Part shown: one piece after another, positions 23,401 through 30,220 of the stretch
Layout: the number at the start of each line of letters is the position of its first letter
Numbering within the stretch: position 1 is the stretch's first letter
IMG/VR virus record: IMGVR_UViG_3300015177_000009
Coordinates: 1-40,085 of that record
Reading direction: 5' to 3' (one strand)
DNA length: 40,085 bases
DNA from: a virus
Taxonomy: Duplodnaviria > Heunggongvirae > Uroviricota > Caudoviricetes
The notes under the pieces: generated by a model
The model's database searches: none
What the model was told of the DNA's origin: nothing
Seen by the model: the letters and a program-made list of their open reading frames with translations, nothing else
Translations under genes and position numbers: made by a program

Positions 23401-24185
23401 TCAAGCAGGCAATGGACGCAGCAAGCGCGCGCATCGCAGCAGAACGGGAAGCCAATCTGAATCATGCAGTCGCCGCGCTGACTCAATCGTGGGTAACAGC
23501 AATCAGGGAGGCCGCCACCACAGGGAAAATCACACCTGCAATAGCGGATGTCGTAAACGACGGCTCTAAATTTATGGATGCCTATCAAATGGATGCGGTG
23601 AAGTTGCCATCAGCCTATGGTCAACTCAGCTATCGCATGACCTACAACCTGGTATCAATGTTTTCCGACCTTACCATCCTTGGGCTGGTGGATCTTAACG
23701 AGGTTACGCCGGAATTGCTCAGCATGCGCAAGAATCATGTGGAGATATTGCAGAGAATTAACACGGTTCTTGCCGGGCGCACCGATGAAGAGAAACAGGC
23801 CGACGCTGATCGGATAAACCTGGCCCTTGGCAACATCACGGAGGAAGAGATTGCCGCCAGAAACGAGAAACAAGAAGAGTTATCATCAATACAGGGTGAT
23901 GCCACCAGCATAGCTCAGTCTCTTGGTCTGAATTATCGCGTATCCACCGCCGACCTGAAGATGATGTACGCACCAAAATTCGCCGCTGGCGAGGTATTTG
24001 GGCTTCAGGAAGCCTCAGGCATGAAAGGCGTTCTTTTCCGTGCGAAAGACGCAATCAAGGCGAAATTCGGCGCTCGCTGGCTGCCAGCGAAGGCGAAGAA
24101 CAGCGATTTCCCGGGTAACTGGTGGATTATCGAGACAAAACACAACGTGGCGGACGTTCTGGCCGTCATCCAACAATACGCATAA
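17418..24185 (+). CDS. darB: DarB antirestriction protein (methyltransferase plus helicase domains)
   Basis: 2255-aa ORF; Walker A GFGTGLGKTT and DEAH-like VIADEGHNY; AAGGA ribosome-binding site; size matches P1 DarB. Confidence 0.9.
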   Translation: MIKLSMGVFRCSSVSEILKYISAITSHRAPIRYGVEKVEGKSYDRLRREANQKAIDLLNSLVDGATLTDEQRQILAGYTGEGGIGGSVSEYYTPKPIAEGVWEIMKLYGADVGNTLEPSAGTGVFNETKPVGTVMTATEISCVSGRINQLLHPEDSVQISPFEQLAISTPNDSFDHVVGNVPFGGRDNTRNIDKPYAEETDMGSYFMLRMLDKIKPGGFMCVIVPPSIVSGSNMKRLRLRLSRKAEFLGAHRLPTGTFDANGTSTVVDVVLMRKHPAEMAEKIPLVDEGTLESANVLWPTFISGKWFEKDGRRFVHGTQEKGFQGRIEVRADGQIDNQALKAKLIHRFESRIDWSLLDMAEPSPTADVVGEGEMRLINGVWQKYAGGRWIEADAGKELKIDAASYGADSWEALQRNLTTTEGRLGMTFTQMANVRDKYTTSISDDMVQLVDWINSQPEKYRERLYRGAMIGRMLIEYQDMKAAGHSAEQIEQQRLSLVSRLQAEIDRFGNPGRGPIAKLSGSGARAWFAFRGAIKLDGTISDELTGKLVTHDSSASYDSTSYQDTLRYLYSDLTRDPIQLDDFRLAFTGELPASDEELLNLLASTPGIAVSPYGGIVPFARATSGDINEIVAPKQKFLATLPDGPVKNNVLNQLAAIEEKRIKTPAENIRFKLNSRWFDRSVILEFLQENGYPDLRYVQSVQLEGDEMVSDTYHGGDGLFVGHRYGVVQRKDKETGEIRYEWDRKSGENATGFPAQLEKYLNGARIGGKDSATANGYREQMALLEDQFNKWIKTHDRYDELVAKYNDVFNSNIPYEHSGDPLGLKGLSGKRQPFDYQNSEVRRLSEDGRGILGFGTGLGKTTTALALEAFNYENGRSTRTAYVVPKSVLENWYYEAKEFLSEEAFSNYLFVGLDVLMDGDQIRQVPVLDENGKPVLGTDGTPVMRDALKLADEATITARMNAIPHSNYRAVVFTKEQYARIPLRDDTVDEHAQDMLYDFVAAGRVASAMDSDSHRKEAARRRVLSEYSDTGTEKAEKYPYFEDMGFDSVIADEGHNYRNSYKNGREASQLAYLPTSAVAQSARDMAIKNAYLMKKNGGRGPVLLTATPVVNTPIDAYNMLSHVLPKEYWQKMGIYGPDDFVKFFGKTRLETVQKISGEVEEKMALVGFENLDALRGIFHRWVTLKTAEDVKDTVEIPELDEHQQDAPLTEEQLAAYEELRQQAEAAAKANNGVTTSVNEDGVIEHEKARPIFSIIRDMDRVCTDMDLYYRRITYRFLPEYADAVQQLADSLPKQATSEDDDSDDSITQQSQYSLIDKGEFIQLQVPEAFEQEVNKRLARFGIDEQTVTHPVTPKYAKLIATLKEFFPEGKQIIFTDEKTQHQKLKRIICNALNLEPSKVGILNAQTVAEAGKTGKKLKAVKPPKELPDEPTDAQIAKYNEQMALYDAYIAQQNEMSLGGLEKIAADFQEGRTPIIICNKKAEVGINLHRGTTDIHHLTLPWTPASIAQRNGRGARVGSNRASVRVHYYCGKGSFDEYRLKTLKRKAGWISDILRSDKSEMENADANDMIEMQMYTAKDDGERLAMMQVQMDKAKAAQRARQKEQATIDLQNYIKAQHAAGEDVEVLTAELERNKAELEKTTAEVAKFKQAVMAKAADNADWKARWGSVHHTDRTLLAQYRASLKSAIQRKANISQAISRYEKLLNRTQKAATDIKRLRPLVEDAINKGILDVDPDLVNHANEFLVIGDRSWRVGQYYDCAGDIVRIKSLDFDSQRADVEIIFTFKGTKSGNWDVKTLDKQVDVTPDEDAVMQKISGGVSIAGINDIISCDDFYRFQQRGMIKITDSYGVQTTESGYSIDFVGTYTDPLKHAVYPDRRDGALKSSIAKWVLGMMSEGNNRQIRSAETFLVELFGSNYGDVIASYGDTLSPEAIQEKIADAIARMPEKTSQGATRNGDSELEVTNAIFGTHEFRASDYEITTAQFGTIGIYSNKAEIKQAMDAASARIAAEREANLNHAVAALTQSWVTAIREAATTGKITPAIADVVNDGSKFMDAYQMDAVKLPSAYGQLSYRMTYNLVSMFSDLTILGLVDLNEVTPELLSMRKNHVEILQRINTVLAGRTDEEKQADADRINLALGNITEEEIAARNEKQEELSSIQGDATSIAQSLGLNYRVSTADLKMMYAPKFAAGEVFGLQEASGMKGVLFRAKDAIKAKFGARWLPAKAKNSDFPGNWWIIETKHNVADVLAVIQQYA

Positions 24186-24218
24186 CAGGAGCGCCCGGTT
24201 CGCCGGGCGTCGCATAAT

Positions 24219-24659
24219 ATGGCCACACTATCTGATACAATAAAACCGAATAAAACATATCTTGAGGCGGTACTCCGTACAGCGTTGTTAGGAAAGACAG
24301 AAGACGAATACGTTGATTTCTTCCTGTCAGGGCTACGCGGGCGATTACTGAAAAATCCCCGCCTGTACCGCAGCTATGGTCCATACTGGCCGGAAATTAA
24401 AAAATTATTACTGGAGCGCGGTTATGGTAATTTCGGTCGTCTCGTTGACCGTGACGTTCGCAAAATTTACCGTTACGACCGCCCGGCGCTGACGCTCATA
24501 GCTGCGACGCTCTACAGCCAGGAGCGTTTTGATAATGGTCAGATATACTCAGCCTGGCATTTACTGCCAGTGCCTGAAGAGGTTGACGACCAGGACTATG
24601 AGTTTGAGTCTTACGATTTGGAAGTTGAAGCCTTGGCACAGGCTGGAGAGAAAACTTGA
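24219..24659 (+). CDS. ulx: Ulx-like protein (needed for DarB packaging in P1)
   Basis: 146-aa ORF directly after darB; position as in P1. Confidence 0.55.
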   Translation: MATLSDTIKPNKTYLEAVLRTALLGKTEDEYVDFFLSGLRGRLLKNPRLYRSYGPYWPEIKKLLLERGYGNFGRLVDRDVRKIYRYDRPALTLIAATLYSQERFDNGQIYSAWHLLPVPEEVDDQDYEFESYDLEVEALAQAGEKT

Positions 24660-24904
24660 AAAAGCGATACTACACAGTAAAGCATGGGACGCTACGAGCA
24701 TTACAAGAGTTTGCTGATAAGCATAACGTTGAAGTGCGCAGGGAAGGGGGAAGTAAAGCTCTGCGCATGTACCGTCCGGACGGGAAATGGCGTACGGTCG
24801 TCGATTTCAAAACAAACAGTGTTCCCCAGGGCGTCCGCGACCGGGCATTCGAAGAATGGGAGCAGATCATCATAGATAACGCATTGCTCCTGAATGCAGA
24901 TTGA
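24656..24904 (+). CDS. lxc: Lxc-like small regulator
   Basis: 82-aa ORF overlapping the ulx stop by 4 nt; position as in P1. Confidence 0.5.
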   Translation: MKKRYYTVKHGTLRALQEFADKHNVEVRREGGSKALRMYRPDGKWRTVVDFKTNSVPQGVRDRAFEEWEQIIIDNALLLNAD

Positions 24905-24940
24905 CAATTTTGCCCGGAATTACCGGGCAAAATTAAGCAA

Positions 24941-26077
24941 CTATCCTTCGTTACGAAGATGCTTATCTAAGAATTTTGTAAACTGGTTTGTTGAGCCAAA
25001 ATAGTTGGGGTAGGCTTTTTTTAGTGACTTAATGTTATCTGTAGCAACGAGAACAGATATCAATACATTAGGATCAGAATCGTCTTTATTTAAGGCCTCA
25101 AGGGCTTCATCTGCTTCTTTTGTTTTAAATGCGCGAACAGACACTAGGAACATTTTTTTGTTTTTTGTATTGGGCTTGTTTTCTGCATTTCTCATTGTTA
25201 CTAAGTAATGCCCCTTATGATTTTTTGGCAACTTCTTAATCAAATTCGCGTCAGAAGTTAAATTTAAGGCGAGGGTGTATGTGCTTAGTTTCCTCCGTAC
25301 AGATAAAGTCCGTTCCAGCTCTTTAAGCTCGCCTTCATACTGAGATACAACCAGCTCATCAAGAGTGCAGGCTTTTTCGTCGTGCGCTACAAGACATCCG
25401 GCTAGATAGAAAAATCGTCTCCATTCTGGATGCCCTTCACTTGAAGTTTTCAGCTTGATACCTTCAAGGGTATCAATTATTTCAAGGCTAGTAGCCCAAG
25501 CATGCTGCAATTGAGTTCTTAACTGTATCTCAATCTTTGTTTTTCGCCACGGATATTGCTCCTCTTTCTGATCGAAGCAACTGTATGCAAGGTGGATTCC
25601 ACTATAGCCGCTGTCTTTGGGAGTAAGATAATCATACTCTTTAACAATCCTATGAACAGATTTGCTTTTTAAAAGACGTTCCTTTAGCTGTATCAACTGG
25701 TCTAAGTTTCTGACAATGGCCCTACATCCGCCAACGTCCTGCATCCGTGTTAATTTAATTGCATTGCTAGTTCTGCCTCCATCAAGACTAGGACGCTCTA
25801 GTTTATCTATTATGGTAGAAAGTCGCTTAAGTCTTCTTGCAACGAGAATCTTTTTGTCTTTGTCAACCTTAGCAGCTGCTCTTGCTAAATGATTTTTCAT
25901 GAGCATTAATGGATAAAGATGCAGCTCACGGAAATTTTGTATCATTTCAATAGCTTGCTGCCTTTCTTCGTCACTACACCCGTGCCTTATCAATTGAGCA
26001 GCCCTATCAATTTGAGATTTTGAATATTTCAACTTGCATTTTTGACTTTGATAAACTTCATTCCCCATTGCTTTCAT
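24941..26077 (-). CDS. Fused toxin-antitoxin with RelA/SpoT-homologue (toxSAS) domain, CapRel-like
   Basis: Synthetase-fold motifs GGRTSNAIKL…DVGGCRAIV and YSGIHLAYS…EIQLRTQLQHAWA; about 120-aa C-terminal extension; GC about 35 percent; occupies the P1 res/mod locus. Confidence 0.7.
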   Translation of the reverse strand: MKAMGNEVYQSQKCKLKYSKSQIDRAAQLIRHGCSDEERQQAIEMIQNFRELHLYPLMLMKNHLARAAAKVDKDKKILVARRLKRLSTIIDKLERPSLDGGRTSNAIKLTRMQDVGGCRAIVRNLDQLIQLKERLLKSKSVHRIVKEYDYLTPKDSGYSGIHLAYSCFDQKEEQYPWRKTKIEIQLRTQLQHAWATSLEIIDTLEGIKLKTSSEGHPEWRRFFYLAGCLVAHDEKACTLDELVVSQYEGELKELERTLSVRRKLSTYTLALNLTSDANLIKKLPKNHKGHYLVTMRNAENKPNTKNKKMFLVSVRAFKTKEADEALEALNKDDSDPNVLISVLVATDNIKSLKKAYPNYFGSTNQFTKFLDKHLRNEG

Positions 26078-26170
26078 CCATTTTAAATGATTTACATGCT
26101 GTTACATCTAATGATAAAGCGGTTAGAAAATCAATGGAGAATATAACCACAAAATTACTGTATATAATTG

Positions 26171-26812
26171 TTAAAAATAATTATGTTTGCCTGTTAATAC
26201 CCCTTTCGGCACTTTTTTTTGTTCCAGTATCTGGGTGCCCAGAATTATGTTAATCAGTGGACTTAGTAACGATGGTTCTTGGCGGGCCTCAACTTCTCCA
26301 GCCATTGCCCTGATGTAGTCGCCGCTGGCAACGTTGTTGTATTCCGTCGCAAAGCAACATAGTAACGTCAGAACATGCTCTGTCGTTATTTCGCTCCAGT
26401 TGATGTTGAAAAATTCATCGCCTTTTTTATCGTGTTCGGAATCGAAGATGCTTTGGTGGAGAATGTATTTGCCGGATTCCTTGCGCGGTAACTTGATCGC
26501 TTTCTGGCGTTCCAGCTCCTTGTAAATCTGCATTGCTTCAATCAGTACCGGCCTGCCGTTCATGAAGGGATCGCGCAACCTTACACGCTGGCCAACTCGA
26601 CCAGTAATAAAGCTGTTTTCCTCTTCCACCAGCACGATAAAACCCTTTTCCTCTTTTTCTCGCAATTCGCGCAGCAGCTGGAGTTCCATGTCGCGGCGGC
26701 GTTCAGAGTAGCTGGTCCGCTCAGCCATTATCAGCTCGTTGTTGATCCATGCAGCAGTCATTGACGCCGGTTTGCCGACGCTCATCGAAACAACGCATAT
26801 TTTCTTATCCAT
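26171..26812 (-). CDS. Hypothetical protein (possibly the backbone mat-position gene)
   Basis: 213-aa ORF; GC about 48-52 percent, unlike the AT-rich genes on either side; no motif recognised. Confidence 0.5.
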   Translation of the reverse strand: MDKKICVVSMSVGKPASMTAAWINNELIMAERTSYSERRRDMELQLLRELREKEEKGFIVLVEEENSFITGRVGQRVRLRDPFMNGRPVLIEAMQIYKELERQKAIKLPRKESGKYILHQSIFDSEHDKKGDEFFNINWSEITTEHVLTLLCCFATEYNNVASGDYIRAMAGEVEARQEPSLLSPLINIILGTQILEQKKVPKGVLTGKHNYF

Positions 26813-26822
26813 AGCGCCCCCT

Positions 26823-26853
26823 ACAAAAAAAGAAAAGCCACCAGTGGCGGCTT
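26823..26853 (-). terminator. Intrinsic terminator after the zinc-ribbon/DUF4145 gene
   Basis: On the minus strand: GCCGCC-ACT-GGTGGC hairpin (one G-U pair) followed by TTTTCTTTTTTT; the T-tract ends about 10 nt before the next start codon. Confidence 0.5.
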
Positions 26854-26970
26854 AGCAATACAGCTGAAGGTAGCGCCCGGTACTCAGACTGTGCCGTCCA
26901 TGGAATATTTGAAAAGGGATCCATCCGTACCGGGCGTGTGATGATTCTGACTGAAGTCACTTGTCAGTTG

Positions 26971-27720
26971 TCAACATTTTTGTTTTTGAGGATTAAATTT
27001 TTTGTCTAGATTATGAGCTAACTCACTAACCTTTTTGCGATTATCCGAATATAAATCACTTAGAATAAAATTCATTATCTCGTATGAGTTATCCAAGTCA
27101 TCTGCGGTAACTTTTTCATAGCGGTGGCTACCCGCATTTCCAAGAAACTTAATCGCAAATAACAGGCTTTTAAAGCCAGAATGTTCACTAGGGATCATCT
27201 CAATTCTATTATGGAGGTTAATTCTATTCCCATTTTCGCTTGTTTCAGTTACCCCGATAGCAGTAAGTAACCGTTCTACAGATGTTCTTATTAGATTTGC
27301 AGCGGCACCTGGATGAATTGTGCTTAGTGCAAACGAGGTGTTTATAGGCAAGGCTATGTCTTCAGGGCACATGTTCGGGATAAGAAATAGCTTTAACGCA
27401 GGAGTAAAACTTAATGGTTCATACCAGCGATAGTAACTAAGCCCTTTATGTTCGCACCAATCTTGTTCTAGACCACTTCTGCCGATACATGCCACTACCT
27501 CCTTACATTGAGGTCTTACGCACTGTGACATACAACTGAATACCGAGCTTGTATACTCTAAGTCAAACCATTCTTCACCCTCCATTTTGACAGTTTCAGC
27601 TGTATCCTTACAGATGAAAGATTCATCTAAAATTTTTAAAGTTGTTTGCCCACAATTAGGACATGGCCATTCAACCATTTTGTTGTCCCAAAATTTTTTG
27701 GGGATTTTGTGTATTGTCAT
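26971..27720 (-). CDS. Cys-rich zinc-ribbon-like N-terminus fused to DUF4145/HEPN-like C-terminal domain; candidate defence protein
   Basis: N-terminal Cys cluster (CPNCG, then C-x3-C-x4-C-x5-C); C-terminal IRTSVERLL…FLGNAGSHRYEKVTADDLDNSYEIMNFILSDLY resembles the DUF4145 signature (R..GN.aaH) as I recall it; GC about 32 percent; has its own terminator. Confidence 0.6.
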   Translation of the reverse strand: MTIHKIPKKFWDNKMVEWPCPNCGQTTLKILDESFICKDTAETVKMEGEEWFDLEYTSSVFSCMSQCVRPQCKEVVACIGRSGLEQDWCEHKGLSYYRWYEPLSFTPALKLFLIPNMCPEDIALPINTSFALSTIHPGAAANLIRTSVERLLTAIGVTETSENGNRINLHNRIEMIPSEHSGFKSLLFAIKFLGNAGSHRYEKVTADDLDNSYEIMNFILSDLYSDNRKKVSELAHNLDKKFNPQKQKC

Positions 27721-27806
27721 ATTTGGCTTATGCCCCGTATATGAAGAACTAATCTCGATAATAACAGAGAAGTTCTGTTTTAATAAAAACCAAAATAATA
27801 AATATA

Positions 27807-28257
27807 TTAGAATAATAAGTTTGCCATCTCATAGGCGTCAGCCAACAGCTCCATCTCTGACTTGTTCCGCAGGGTGAATTCTTTCTTGCCTCCAACCACA
27901 CCATCGGCATGAACAGGGACCAACCAGGGGTATTTTGCTCTTACTTCAGCCGGTGCTGCATGCTGGTGGTGCCATCTACAAAGTGGCAATTGCTTTTTAT
28001 GACAACCCGGCGCGGTACGACCGGAGATATGGTGCAGAGACACCTCTTCAGATATTACTCCATGCATGTAGCAGGCAATGCAGGGGAGAGCGCCAAGAGC
28101 ATTGGCGATGCTCCGTTCCTCCGCCGTCGGTGTTCGCCCCTTCAAGCCACGAGATTTTATCTTTACCGCACTTTTCCCGTTGCCGAGCGATCGCTCGTTC
28201 TCTGGCTGCCTTCTGCCACTCGCGGCGCTGTTCAAGTTTTTGTTCGATTGTTTTCAT
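27807..28257 (-). CDS. ref: Ref-like HNH endonuclease, N-terminus and HNH domain in different frames
   Basis: The ATG at 28257, downstream of a C1 operator, opens MKTIEQKLEQRREWQKAARERAIARQREK…; the HNH domain (CIACYMHGV…HHISGRTAPGCHKKQLPLCRWHHQ) is in the adjacent frame (listed ORF 27807..28235). Confidence 0.55.
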
Positions 28258-28355
28258 ATGGCAAAAAAAAGGCGGCCTAATGGCCGCCAATGATGTCAAG
28301 GAGTTAAGTAATGGCAACGTCTTCGTAGTTGACAAAAACTGCGGCTTAATTATAT

Positions 28356-28372
28356 CAATCAATTAGAGCAAT
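28356..28372 (-). promoter_or_regulatory. C1 repressor operator upstream of ref
   Basis: CAATCAATTAGAGCAAT; 11-bp core ATTAGAGCAAT intact, about 14 of 17 overall. Confidence 0.65.
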
Positions 28373-28478
28373 GATAGGTATTTTGTTTATCGCGAATCAT
28401 ATTTTTTCACGTCAGTACCTGTGTGCTATACTCCTTCTTGATTGATTGGATGCGGAATACAAACCCGCTCTTTTGTGC

Positions 28479-28508
28479 AGCCTGGCTCCTTGCCAGGCTT
28501 TTTTATTT
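28479..28508 (+). terminator. Intrinsic terminator oriented on the + strand
   Basis: Perfect 8-bp stem AGCCTGGC / GCCAGGCT with loop TCCTT, followed by TTTTTTATTT; overlaps the stop codon of the minus-strand cra-like gene. Confidence 0.5.
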
Positions 28509-28814
28509 CATCATGGAAGCTGTTAACGCTTTGGATCTTGCTGAACTGATTGAAAGGGCATTGTTTACCTTACCCAGGAGTTCGCCAAATTCCGCCATCA
28601 CTCTAGTAAGCCCGCGCCGTGCTTCCTCCTCCGTTGCATTCATCACAAAATGTTCAGCACTCCGCATGCTTTTAACGGGGAACGCAACAGATATCGAGTC
28701 GATATCAGGCATCCTATCGCTCAACTTTACGGTGACAATGACAGATGGTGACTGAATTTGAGAGCTTACAGACAGCACCACATATTTTCCGTCTATTTTG
28801 AAATCCTTCCGCAT
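28503..28814 (-). CDS. Small hypothetical protein (cra position, downstream of cre)
   Basis: 103-aa ORF co-oriented with cre; a C1 operator lies just upstream. Confidence 0.45.
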   Translation of the reverse strand: MRKDFKIDGKYVVLSVSSQIQSPSVIVTVKLSDRMPDIDSISVAFPVKSMRSAEHFVMNATEEEARRGLTRVMAEFGELLGKVNNALSISSARSKALTASMMK

Positions 28815-28830
28815 GTGTCACCATAAATAT

Positions 28831-28847
28831 CAAATAATTAGAGCAAT
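28831..28847 (-). promoter_or_regulatory. C1 repressor operator between cre and the cra-like gene
   Basis: CAAATAATTAGAGCAAT, about 14 of 17. Confidence 0.6.
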
Positions 28848-28864
28848 CAAGTGCAAATGAACGG

Positions 28865-29896
28865 CTAATCGCCATCTTCCAGCAGGCGCACCATTGCCCC
28901 CGTTTCACTATCCAGGTTACGAATGTAGTTCATGACAATATTTACGTTGGTCCAGCCACCAGCTTGCATGATCTCCGGTATAGAAACTCCGGCGCGGGCC
29001 ATATCTCGCGCGGCACCGACACGGGCACTATGTCCAGACCAGGCCAGGTATCGCTGACCAGAGTCATCTTTTGCCCCGTAAATCAATCGGTGAGTTGCTT
29101 CAAAAATCCCTTCCAGGGCGCGAGTTGATAGCTGGCTGGTGGATGATGGAGCGGCAACACCATTTTTTCTGACGCGGCAAAACAGGTAGTTATTCGGATC
29201 ATCAGCTACACCAGAGACAGAAATCCATCGCTCAACCAGTTTAGTTACCCCCAGGCTAAGTGCCTTCTCTACACCAGCGGTGCTAACCAGCGTTTTCGTT
29301 CTGCCAATATGGATTAACATTCTCCCACCGTCAGTACGTGAGATATCTTTAACCCTGATCCTGGCAATTTCGGCTATACGTAACAGGGTGTTATAAGCAA
29401 TCCCCAGAAATGCCAGATTACGTATATCCTGGCAGCGATCGCTATTTTCCATGAGTGAACGAACCTGGTCGAAATCAGTGCGTTCGAACGCTAGAGCCTG
29501 TTTTGCACGTTCACCGGCATCAACGTTTTCTTTTCGGATCCGCCGCATAACCAGTGAAACAGCATTGCTGTCACTTGGTCGTGGCAGCCCGGACCGACGA
29601 TGAAGCATGTTTAGCTGGCCCAAATGTTGCTGGATAGTTTTTACTGCCAGACCGCGCGCCTGAAGATATAGAAGATAATCGCGAACATCTTCAGGTTCTG
29701 CGGGAAACCACTTCCGGTTATTCAACTTGCACCATGCCGCCCACGACCGGCAAACGGACAGAAGCATTTTCCAGGTATGCTCAGAAAACGCCTGGCGATC
29801 CCTGAACATGTCCATCAGGTTCTTGCGAACCTCATCACTCGTTGCATCGACCGGTAATGCAGGCAAATTTTGGTGTACGGTCAGTAAATTGGACAT
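28865..29896 (-). CDS. cre: Cre tyrosine recombinase
   Basis: 343 aa; matches the P1 Cre sequence as I recall it (MSNLLTVHQNLPALPVD…MVRLLEDGD), including the catalytic Tyr context NIVMNYIRN. Confidence 0.97.
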   Translation of the reverse strand: MSNLLTVHQNLPALPVDATSDEVRKNLMDMFRDRQAFSEHTWKMLLSVCRSWAAWCKLNNRKWFPAEPEDVRDYLLYLQARGLAVKTIQQHLGQLNMLHRRSGLPRPSDSNAVSLVMRRIRKENVDAGERAKQALAFERTDFDQVRSLMENSDRCQDIRNLAFLGIAYNTLLRIAEIARIRVKDISRTDGGRMLIHIGRTKTLVSTAGVEKALSLGVTKLVERWISVSGVADDPNNYLFCRVRKNGVAAPSSTSQLSTRALEGIFEATHRLIYGAKDDSGQRYLAWSGHSARVGAARDMARAGVSIPEIMQAGGWTNVNIVMNYIRNLDSETGAMVRLLEDGD

Positions 29897-30220
29897 TTAA
29901 CACTCAGATAATGGTTTTAAGTAAAGTGTACAGGATCGGCTCTGCCTTTACCTGTTTATGGTTCTCGTCATAGAAACGCCAGCGACCGCGCGTGCGTTCT
30001 ATTTTCTCTTCACCGCGAGATAATGACAGTTGGTAACTATCACCTCAAACCCTTTTGCCCGCCAGTAACCACGGTTTTTCTCAAGCTCAAGATGAGTGGA
30101 CACTTTAGCAGCTGAATATCCCATTTTTCACCTCTGATTGATTGGTGGTGCTAAGTGCGCTACGCGAAATCTGGAGCACTAACACTGCCAACATTTCGCA
30201 GATTTTACGTAGCGCAACCT

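Noticed and set aside
17738-24054. Numerous 60-145-aa ORFs on the minus strand inside darB (for example 18141..18455, 20619..21053)
   Set aside because: Fully embedded antisense to a 2255-aa gene with clear motifs; products are low-complexity or Arg/Cys-rich, typical of spurious antisense ORFs.
24906-24934. Perfect 12-bp palindrome between lxc and the toxSAS gene as an intrinsic terminator
   Set aside because: The T-runs are inside the stem rather than 3' of it on either strand, so it is not a canonical intrinsic terminator; it may be a protein-binding palindrome or RNA stabiliser.
26171-26812. Interpreting the 213-aa gene as a separate antitoxin or partner of the CapRel-like gene
   Set aside because: CapRel-type toxSAS proteins are fused and self-contained, and this gene has backbone-like GC content (about 50 percent) unlike the AT-rich toxSAS gene; more likely a backbone (mat-position) gene.
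28423-28755. 110-aa + strand ORF antisense to the cra-like gene
   Set aside because: It reads straight through the strong + strand terminator hairpin at 28479-28508 and has no ribosome-binding site; more likely non-coding.
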